The notes under the pieces are model-generated. The model was not told the origin of the DNA and did not search any database. It was given only the letters and a program-made list of their open reading frames with translations. A DNA stretch of 14,892 nt from Candidatus Heimdallarchaeota archaeon (GTDB lineage: Archaea > Asgardarchaeota > Heimdallarchaeia > Heimdallarchaeales > Heimdallarchaeaceae), in assembly GCA_030668875.1 (NCBI GenBank), contig DAOVER010000063.1:1-14892 (forward strand), read 5' to 3'. Below, piece by piece: positions 1 through 6,618 of the stretch; within the stretch, counting starts at the first letter, position 1; each line of letters begins with the position of its first letter. A program made the position numbers and the translations under genes.

Positions 1-48
1 TTGCATGTTGAGGTGGTGATGGTTAATACCTCTCCAATTTTCTTCCAT
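1..48 (-). CDS. Possible 5' start of the element-encoded protein (MEENWRGINHHHLNMQ..., truncated by the window edge)
   Basis: ATG at 48-46, open to position 1, directly after the structured leader. The W-x-x-I-N-x-x-x-L spacing resembles the W-x-x-I-[ND]-W-x-x-[LV] start of group II intron RT/maturases (RVT_N), but only 16 aa are visible and the second W is H. Confidence 0.3.
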   Translation of the reverse strand, partial: MEENWRGINHHHLNMQ

Positions 49-337
49 TTTTCTACGAGTTTATATAGGAAAGTGTTGATATATGGGTAGTGCTTGGCGA
101 AAACTCGCCATATTTATGGTTCGCAAGTGTTTGAACACTTGCCCCTCAGTTAATAAAGTTTGAACCATACAGCACGATGCGCAATGGCAGGAATGTAGTC
201 GGAGTAAATGCGCACTCCCTTCCTTCCTTCCCCAATCATGATCCTCATGATTCTTCCCCTCAACGCACGTGAGGGGACCCACTTAAACGACGGTTAGACC
301 GCCTTTGGCAAGTTTAACCAAGTTTCATAACGTGCGT
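49..337 (-). ncRNA. Putative structured RNA (or ssDNA) leader of the terminal element
   Basis: Inverted repeats read directly, in + coordinates: 292-319 hairpin; 256-262/270-276 (7 bp, 7-nt loop); 234-241/245-252 (8 bp); 201-205/214-218; 90-94/171-175 enclosing 95-100/105-110 and 116-122/162-168; 123-130/135-142 (8 bp). I recognise no known RNA family motif. Confidence 0.5.
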
Positions 338-668
338 CTTCACCATAGATATCATACATATCTGGTGAGGCTCCACCGCCGGATAGACCGACTACACCTA
401 GGTCAAAGTCTCTTGTTAACATTAAAGTTCCAATGAACACTGTCCATTCTTCGACTTTAACTTCTATTTCAACACCAATCTCTCTTAGGTATTGAGCTAT
501 ATACAAACCATAGTCAGGTCGTACTCCACCGCCGTTAGTCTTGAAGACTAAGTTAGCTATTGGCTGAACTCCTGCATAAGTGTTATTTGCATTGTATACG
601 CTCATTACAACTAAGCTAGAAAGGATAACTACTGTAAAAAGCATCACTTTTTTTCCCAAATTTTCCAC
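294..668 (-). pseudogene. 5' fragment of an ABC-type peptide/oligopeptide substrate-binding protein (family 5-like), interrupted by the terminal element
   Basis: Hydrophobic signal/TM segment, then IAQYLREIGVEIEVKVEEWTVF...DFDLGVVG, typical of family-5 solute-binding proteins. The last ~14 codons (294-337) are element-derived. The real start may be TTG at 659, 5 nt after an AGGTGG site. Confidence 0.7.
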
Positions 669-940
669 CTATTTTATTATAGAGTATTATCTCTAATGCT
701 CCAACCTTTTACTAGTTACTGCACTTATTATACTGTTTGTGTATTGCACCACACAGCAGCTAATCCTTATAAGTGCTTGATTTGCACAGCCCTACTCTCT
801 TCTTGTTTACTTCTACTAATTTTAGTGTCACTTTTTCCCTCTTCATCTTAGTGCATTATTTATATATTATAGCTCAATTTTCTTTTGTCCTCAAGCACAC
901 ATTGTCTGTAGGATATTTGCACCCAAGATGTGATTAAGGT

Positions 941-1906
941 ATGAAACCAATCGCAGAAATTGTCAAATCACGCTCTTTTTCTATTTTTCAGGCATTTTTT
1001 GTGACAATTCTCTGGTCTTCATCTTGGCCTATTATAAAACTCGGTTTGGAGGAGATTCCACCTCTTTTCTTTGCAGGTTTACGTTACTTTATTGCCTCTC
1101 TAATTCTTGTTACTATTGTATTAGTTTCTCCCAAAAATCGTAAAGTTATAGCGACCATTCCACGAAAATGGTGGTTAAAATTGGTTCTCTATGGTCTGAT
1201 TTTCTATTCTTTAACTCAAGGTGCCCAGTTTGTTGCTATTCTTTATCTTGAAGATACAATTACTGTTAGCCTTCTTCTCAGTTTTACTCCCATATTAGTA
1301 TTGATTTTGGCCATTTTCCTTATTAAAGAAAAGCCCAATCTTGCCCAAGTTCTGTTCGTTCTCACTGCTCTTGCTGGCGCTTTAATGTACTTTTATCCAT
1401 TTGTAGAAATTCAATCATCAATATGGGGTATCATTGGATTAATCGCTGCAATTGTTGGAGTTGTTGCGAATGCGTTGTCGGCAATTATGGGACGGGCTAT
1501 TAATAAAGCTCAAGAATTTAACCCATTGGTTGTTACAACCATTAGTATGTTGATTGGATCCATTGTTTTGCTAGTATCCGCATTAATTATTGAGGAGATC
1601 CCAGTATTGTCTTTAACATCAATTGGATACATTCTTTGGTTGAGTTTTGTAAACACTGCTTTTGCATTTACTTTATGGAACAATGTGTTGCAGAAACTGC
1701 AAGCTGTTGAGATATCAATAATCAACAATACAATGTTAGTACAAATAGCTATTCTCGCATTGATTTTTCTTGGTGAAAGACCATCCGTACTTGAATGGGT
1801 TGGAGTAGCTATTGTTGTTGTATCAGCGCTATTGCTCCAAATATTCAAACCAAAGCGTGATGAATCTCAACTTATACCATTCGAAAAACCGCAGAAGCTG
1901 CTTTAG
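941..1906 (+). CDS. DMT/EamA family transporter
   Basis: 321 aa with about 10 hydrophobic helices. LWSSSWPIIK...PPLFFAGLRYFIA start and AFTLWN...L...FLGE in the second repeat are typical of two-domain EamA proteins. Confidence 0.92.
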   Translation: MKPIAEIVKSRSFSIFQAFFVTILWSSSWPIIKLGLEEIPPLFFAGLRYFIASLILVTIVLVSPKNRKVIATIPRKWWLKLVLYGLIFYSLTQGAQFVAILYLEDTITVSLLLSFTPILVLILAIFLIKEKPNLAQVLFVLTALAGALMYFYPFVEIQSSIWGIIGLIAAIVGVVANALSAIMGRAINKAQEFNPLVVTTISMLIGSIVLLVSALIIEEIPVLSLTSIGYILWLSFVNTAFAFTLWNNVLQKLQAVEISIINNTMLVQIAILALIFLGERPSVLEWVGVAIVVVSALLLQIFKPKRDESQLIPFEKPQKLL

Positions 1907-1935
1907 TTGAGAAAGAATTTCAATCTAATGATATA

Positions 1936-1956
1936 AAATAAAAAAAAGATAAGAAG
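1936..1956 (-). terminator. T-rich archaeal-type terminator
   Basis: An oligo-T run on the minus strand immediately follows the stop of 1957..2856, between convergent genes. Confidence 0.5.
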
Positions 1957-2856
1957 TTATTTTCGTTTTCTTCTTATTATTACTATTACACTAAAAACTA
2001 CTAATCCAACAACAGCAAAGGACCATTCATAAGATGCACTGGTTGGCAACTGAGTACTTTCTATCAATAAGTCAACTGCTGTAGTGTCATCAACTAAAGA
2101 ACCCTCAGTTTCAAGAATTCTATTCCAGTTGAAAGTGTATTGCAAATATGTTACTAACCCTGTTTCTCTGTTAAATCGTAGTTCTGCAACCAAAGTTTCA
2201 GTAGTATGCTCTTTGAACCAATTGTCTGGGTTTCTGAAGTTTTCTACTGTTTCATCTTCAGAAGAATCAATCTTAATTGTCCAAGTATTCGTACTTAGTT
2301 TAGTAGAAGTAACAACTTTCTTAATTTTAAGTTCATAGAATGCATATTCATTAGTTTCTTTTCTTGATTCCTCATCTTTTTCAGAATAACCATTGTGGTA
2401 AATCAGAAAATTGTCATAGACACCAGTTGAATTTGTGTATAATGTAGGCTCCAAGAAGTAATAATCCCCTAAATCCATCCAAGATAAATCAAATATACCA
2501 ATGTCATCTACATTTGTAGATTGGTTTACGTCGTTAAGGGAAAATTCAACCCATACATTTGAAGTGTTGAACAGTTGAAGAGGATCTCCTATTGCTGATT
2601 CATTTACATCTAAAAGTATCGTTGCTGTCAACTTGTCTCCTTGATGAATCGTTTCATCTCCATAATCTAAGAATGCGTTAGTATCTGATCCAACTACAGC
2701 CAGTGTGGTTACACTCCAATCATAAGTAACATCAGGGACTAAAAGCAATGAATAACTATATTCTTGACCTCTTACTATGTTGTTTGAGTTCAAAGAACTT
2801 AGAATAATTAAGGAGAAGAATACTCCTAGCAAAATCATTTTTTTTGAATTTCTCAT
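1957..2856 (-). CDS. Secreted/surface protein with N-terminal signal and C-terminal membrane anchor
   Basis: Basic and hydrophobic N-terminus, polar beta-rich body, C-terminal TM helix followed by RRKRK. AGGTGAG ribosome-binding site just upstream of the ATG. Confidence 0.8.
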   Translation of the reverse strand: MRNSKKMILLGVFFSLIILSSLNSNNIVRGQEYSYSLLLVPDVTYDWSVTTLAVVGSDTNAFLDYGDETIHQGDKLTATILLDVNESAIGDPLQLFNTSNVWVEFSLNDVNQSTNVDDIGIFDLSWMDLGDYYFLEPTLYTNSTGVYDNFLIYHNGYSEKDEESRKETNEYAFYELKIKKVVTSTKLSTNTWTIKIDSSEDETVENFRNPDNWFKEHTTETLVAELRFNRETGLVTYLQYTFNWNRILETEGSLVDDTTAVDLLIESTQLPTSASYEWSFAVVGLVVFSVIVIIRRKRK

Positions 2857-2951
2857 CTTTTCTCACCTAAGCTAATTCTTAACCAAAGAATACTTGTAAT
2901 TATATAATCGCTTTTCAAATAATATAAACCTTTGGAGAATACTAGAGGTAG

Positions 2952-3955
2952 TGTTAACTCAACAGACATGGGTTACACTTGAGGGTATAGAGAGAGTCAA
3001 GGGCACATTCATAAATCTTTCACCAGGAGTTTGAAGGTTTATTCCTTGGTGGGGGCGGGAGAAGTTGTAATAGTCACGATAACGACGGAGGTCAGCATTA
3101 CAGTAAGTTAATTCTAACCTCTTCATCTCTCTGATGATTGTACCATGGAGACGCTCGACTTTACCACAAGTTTCGGGATGATACACTCGTGCTCGGATAT
3201 GGTCGATAATATTCGTCTTACACCATCGGGTGAAGGAACTTGTCCCTCCTCTTTGTGGGTGGAAGATGGCACCATTATCTGTTAAGATCTGACGGGGAGT
3301 GCCATAGGTTTGCATAGCCTGGTCTAAGAGATGGAGGATGTCCCAGGTCTTAACAGGACGGGGGAAGAACTTTGCTCCTACACAGAACCGTGAGTGGTCA
3401 TCAATAACACTTACAAGGTGAAGATGCTGTCCCTGTTCTTCTACCCAGAAGGGTCCCTTGATATCTATCTGCCAGAGATCGTTAGGTTCTTCTCGTTCGA
3501 ACCTTTTCACCCTCTTGTAAGCTTTCTTTGTCGTTCTCCACTTCTCCTCCCCCTCTTGTTGGAGCGTCTTCCAGACAGTCGTGTGAGAAAGGTTTATCCC
3601 TTCGAGTGTTAGGATATAGGCTATTTTCACTATATTGAAGCCATATGCTCTCCTGAGAGCGAGAATACGCTCCTTCTTTTCTTCTGTCACTTTCCCCTTG
3701 ATCGTCTTGGGTCGCGAGGATCTTTCCTTGTACCATTCCCCTTCAGGGTCCTCGCTATGTCTTTTCATCCACTTATAGATGAACTTCCTGCTGACCATAA
3801 ACGCTCTAGCTAGATGGGTAATGTTTTCGCCATTCAAAGCCTTTTTAACTACAATTTTTCTAAGTTTTACCAGGTTACGTTTGGGTTTCATGTTTAATCA
3901 CATACCCTCCGTAACCCATTCTTTTAAACTGTTACCAAGGTGGGTTTAGTTAACA
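2952..3955 (-). mobile_element. IS481-family insertion sequence, 1004 bp
   Basis: 5'-TGT...ACA-3' ends. Imperfect 29-bp terminal inverted repeats: TGTTAACTCAACAGACATGGGTTACACTT vs TGTTAACTAAACCCACCTTGGTAACAGTT, 22/29. Single transposase ORF. Visibly higher GC than the flanks. Confidence 0.9.
2959..3891 (-). CDS. IS481-family transposase (HTH + rve integrase core)
   Basis: DDE motifs WQIDIKG, VIDDHSRF, ILTDNG, GKVERLHGTI and YYNFSRPHQGI..TP; N-terminal HTH (VSRKFIYKWMKR). The stop codon lies inside the terminal repeat. Confidence 0.95.
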   Translation of the reverse strand: MKPKRNLVKLRKIVVKKALNGENITHLARAFMVSRKFIYKWMKRHSEDPEGEWYKERSSRPKTIKGKVTEEKKERILALRRAYGFNIVKIAYILTLEGINLSHTTVWKTLQQEGEEKWRTTKKAYKRVKRFEREEPNDLWQIDIKGPFWVEEQGQHLHLVSVIDDHSRFCVGAKFFPRPVKTWDILHLLDQAMQTYGTPRQILTDNGAIFHPQRGGTSSFTRWCKTNIIDHIRARVYHPETCGKVERLHGTIIREMKRLELTYCNADLRRYRDYYNFSRPHQGINLQTPGERFMNVPLTLSIPSSVTHVC

Positions 3956-4004
3956 ATTGATTATTCTTTTTAAAAAAACTATAAAAGAGAAAATAATGAG
4001 GTAG

Positions 4005-4517
4005 TTATATCCCAAAAGGAGAATCCCACGCAACTATCTCGGTAGTATTATAGACAAAGCTGTGTTTGAATAAATAGAAGTTAATTACTAAACTTATCCC
4101 TATCTCTATTTCTAAGTCTCCATCTTGAATTGCTAATAAAACAATCTCTGTTGTGATATTAGTTTCTATATCTCCAGACCAGTTTGATCCAGGTTTAATA
4201 TCTCCAAGGTTATTAACACCTTCTCCCAATAGAAGACCATTCAAGCTACTTATGAGGAAATTAGCTCCGTAAATTTTAATTTTTACAACAATGTTTTGAA
4301 ACTCATATAATCCACCATTGGATATTTCTAAATGGGTTTTTGAAACAATAAAACCAGTGTAATCAAATAATAATTCCGTAATGTTTGATGTTACTGTAGT
4401 ATCATCTACTGAATATATAACATTCTTGTAGGAGTAAAATAGCGTTCCACCAAATGCTCCAACTAAGATAATTACTGTTGTAAAAATAATCAGGAAAATT
4501 TTTAATCCCTTTTTCAT
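4005..4517 (-). CDS. Single-pass membrane protein, hypothetical (possibly LEA_2-like beta fold)
   Basis: N-terminal TM helix followed by a beta-rich soluble part; GGTGA site upstream of the ATG; T-rich tract downstream. The fold guess is inference. Confidence 0.7.
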   Translation of the reverse strand: MKKGLKIFLIIFTTVIILVGAFGGTLFYSYKNVIYSVDDTTVTSNITELLFDYTGFIVSKTHLEISNGGLYEFQNIVVKIKIYGANFLISSLNGLLLGEGVNNLGDIKPGSNWSGDIETNITTEIVLLAIQDGDLEIEIGISLVINFYLFKHSFVYNTTEIVAWDSPFGI

Positions 4518-4590
4518 ATCTCACCAGAAAAATTATCAACTAAAAAACATATTCTTTAAACTAGTAAATTGCCTCTATTTGTTCTTAAAC

Positions 4591-4749
4591 ATGTCTAGAT
4601 TTATATTTTTGAGTTCCATCTTTTCCTTAGATTTTGAAGAATATAGAAATCCGATTGTTCGTTTAGCGGAATACAGTGATTACTTTATTAATCTAGGGGA
4701 AAAACTTCAAAATGAAATAATTGAACGTACTGGACATTCGAACTATTAA
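4591..4749 (+). CDS. Small 52-aa ORF or gene remnant, not in the ORF track
   Basis: MSRFIFLSSIFSLDFEEYRNPIVRLAEYSDYFINLGEKLQNEIIERTGHSNY*. It fills the gap between two genes and its TAA (4747-4749) abuts the PadR stop codon. Confidence 0.35.
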   Translation: MSRFIFLSSIFSLDFEEYRNPIVRLAEYSDYFINLGEKLQNEIIERTGHSNY

Positions 4750-5118
4750 TCATTTTTCAAATAATTCCCCAGCTTCAGAAATAGAGGCGAATAGCTGTTC
4801 CCAATCTTTTTTCATAACTAGAAGCAGTTCTTGTCCTTTTTCAGAAAGACTATAATATGTCCTAACTCTTCCTCCAACAGTCTTATTTTGGTAGGTCACC
4901 AAGCTTTTTCGTTTTAATCTTGTTAAGACATTGTAAATTGCTCCATCTGTTAAAGGAGGTTCCGTTAAAGGTAGCAAAGATCTGACTAATTGTAAAATAT
5001 CCCACCCATATCTTTCCTTTTTTAGTAAGATGAGCACGAGAAATTCTAGAATCCCTTTAGACAATTGTGCCCTCCATTTTTTCAAGAGAATATCTTCATC
5101 ATGCTCATCTATAGACAT
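4750..5118 (-). CDS. PadR family transcriptional regulator
   Basis: KGILEFLVLILLKKERYGWDI, GAIYNVLTRL and GGRVRTYYSLSEKG winged-helix motifs. Confidence 0.92.
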   Translation of the reverse strand: MSIDEHDEDILLKKWRAQLSKGILEFLVLILLKKERYGWDILQLVRSLLPLTEPPLTDGAIYNVLTRLKRKSLVTYQNKTVGGRVRTYYSLSEKGQELLLVMKKDWEQLFASISEAGELFEK

Positions 5119-5364
5119 CTAATCATCTCCTTTCTTCAAGTTTGACGAGAGTTGAAGTGTTTTTTCATCCCATTTAAAGAATATGAAGAAGATTACGCAT
5201 ACGAATATTACAACATCATACCAGTTAGGTAACCAAGGAACAACAGCTGAAAATTGCAATTGTATGTAAGGATATATGCGTGTTATATTTTCAAAGTACA
5301 ATATAACGTGATATTTCAGCACCCCTGATCCATTAACATTTAATGATATATACTTAATTGACAC
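5119..5364 (-). CDS. Small hypothetical membrane protein
   Basis: One hydrophobic segment (WYDVVIFVCVIFFIFF). Its TAG is immediately followed by the PadR ATG. The GTG start is uncertain and the ORF may be spurious. Confidence 0.35.
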   Translation of the reverse strand: MSIKYISLNVNGSGVLKYHVILYFENITRIYPYIQLQFSAVVPWLPNWYDVVIFVCVIFFIFFKWDEKTLQLSSNLKKGDD

Positions 5365-5538
5365 GTTATATTCATCGCTTGAATAACTAGGTGTTGAGTA
5401 GCTATCGAAATTACCATCAATTCTTCAGCTAAGTCATTTCTTGACATGAAGGTTCGAGAACAGGATAGACTTGAAACCCTAAGGTTGCGTTATGAAGGAA
5501 TCATAAGCAAATATACATATAATATTGGTGAACAAAAA

Positions 5539-6048
5539 ATGGAAAACACTGACAAATATCGAATCGTTAAATTACCCCCTCTTAGAGTTGTTTCATTCCA
5601 TGCAATGGGAATATTCTTGGGAGATCCAGAAACAAAAGCATCTGCAGAATTAAGCTCTTGGGCTAATCCGAAAGGTGTGCTCAAAAATCCAGAAAAACAC
5701 AAGGTTTACGGATTCAATAATCCTGATCCTAAGTACGATAAAGAAACAGGGGATTTCATCGTCAATGAAGAAAACCCGTACGGCTATGAATTCTGGATTA
5801 CTATAGATGAAGATTTTAAAGAAGAAGAGAATATCACAGTTAAAGAAGTTCCTGGTGGCTTATACGTCGTAACAAGCTGCATAGGTGTACAAACACTAGG
5901 TGAAACATGGAAAGATCTCTATAGATGGGTGAAAGAAAGTAAGAAATACAAATTTGGGAAAAATCAATGCTTGGAACACAGTAAAGATCCAACAATTTCG
6001 GATGAATCAGAATTAAATTTTGATTTATATTTCCCCATATCAGAGTAA
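5539..6048 (+). CDS. GyrI-like small-molecule-binding domain protein
   Basis: LPPLRVVSF...YGFNNPDP...YGYEFWITI...VKEVPGGLYVV...WKDLYRWV pattern. I prefer the start at ATG 5539 (GGTGA at 5527-5531) over the ORF-track start at 5446. Confidence 0.85.
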   Translation: MENTDKYRIVKLPPLRVVSFHAMGIFLGDPETKASAELSSWANPKGVLKNPEKHKVYGFNNPDPKYDKETGDFIVNEENPYGYEFWITIDEDFKEEENITVKEVPGGLYVVTSCIGVQTLGETWKDLYRWVKESKKYKFGKNQCLEHSKDPTISDESELNFDLYFPISE

Positions 6049-6058
6049 AAATGCTCTA

Positions 6059-6082
6059 TTTTCTTTTTTACTTTTTTCTTTC
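6059..6082 (+). terminator. T-rich archaeal-type terminator
   Basis: Successive oligo-T runs just after the stop at 6048. Confidence 0.55.
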
Positions 6083-6125
6083 ATTAATGCACTAAATTTT
6101 TAATTACAAATGTCAAGATGCTTAT

Positions 6126-6617
6126 ATGAGAGGTATTCGCAGAAAAGAAAAAGCAATTACTGACGAAAAAATAATGAAGAAAATTCTCTTGGAAGTTGCT
6201 TACATAACCATTGCTTTATGCAAAGATAACCAACCATATCTTGTAAGTTTAAGTCATGGTTATGATCCTGACAAGAACTGCATATATTTCCACTGTGCTA
6301 GCGAAGGGAAAAAGATAGATTACTTGAAAGAAAACAATATAGTTTGGGGACAAGCCATTGTTGATAAGGGGTATATTCAAGGTGCTTGTGACCATCTTTA
6401 TGCAACAACTCAGTTTAAGGGCAGAGTGTCATTTGTTGACGATTTTGAGGAGAAGAAAGAGGCTTTAATCAACATGGTGCTTAAACTAGATGAAAACCCA
6501 GATGTCTTAATTGAAAAACAATTAACTCAACAATCTGTCTCAAAAATAATAATTGGACGAATTGACATTGAATACATGAGTGGAAAAGAAGCAAAAGAAG
6601 CAGTAATCTCGCTTTAA
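6126..6617 (+). CDS. Pyridoxamine 5'-phosphate oxidase-like / NimA-type flavin-binding protein
   Basis: MRGIRRKEKAI start, PYLVSLSHGY and IYFHCASEGKKIDYLKEN motifs of the Pyridox_ox_2/NimA family. Confidence 0.88.
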   Translation: MRGIRRKEKAITDEKIMKKILLEVAYITIALCKDNQPYLVSLSHGYDPDKNCIYFHCASEGKKIDYLKENNIVWGQAIVDKGYIQGACDHLYATTQFKGRVSFVDDFEEKKEALINMVLKLDENPDVLIEKQLTQQSVSKIIIGRIDIEYMSGKEAKEAVISL

Positions 6618-6618
6618 T

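Larger units (their letters stand above)
1..337 (-). mobile_element. End of an unclassified multicopy mobile element with a highly structured non-coding leader (copy 1, runs off the window start)
   Basis: The reverse complement of 197-337 matches 14752-14892 at 138/141 nt; differences are 305/14784, 297/14792 and the last window base. Identity stops abruptly at 337/14752, where two unrelated genes are cut. The true boundary is uncertain by about 3 nt because the shared ACG could belong to the target. Class not determined. Confidence 0.85.

Noticed and set aside
264-268. GTGCG (minus strand; 14821-14825 in copy 2) as a group II intron 5' end
   Set aside because: The two copies share about 69 nt upstream of it, it sits in a hairpin loop, and only ~220 nt remain before the ORF, too short for domains I-III.
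61-282. 73-aa ORF on the minus strand
   Set aside because: Lies wholly within the hairpin-dense leader, has no ribosome-binding site or recognisable motif; probably not coding.
230-337. HDV-like ribozyme fold (P1 ACGCAC/GUGCGU, P3 GUG/CAC)
   Set aside because: No downstream P2 partner or catalytic C-x-A-A junction could be found, and the G1 position is not shared by the two copies.
329-337. ACGCACGTT as an IS982-type terminal repeat (5'-AC end)
   Set aside because: Cannot be tested without the far end, and no transposase ORF starts or ends near this terminus, unlike compact IS982 elements. Kept only as a weak alternative.
1510-1848. Antisense or alternate-frame ORFs (1510-1848, 2084-2338, 3394-3612, 3482-3736, 5490-5702, 7406-7621, 10634-10942, 13404-13772, 13750-13980, 14110-14427, 14515-14775)
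   Set aside because: Each is nested in a longer gene with clear family motifs; shadow ORFs.
5446-5538. N-terminal extension of the GyrI-like ORF
   Set aside because: A GGTGA site 7 nt before ATG 5539 and the domain boundary favour the later start.
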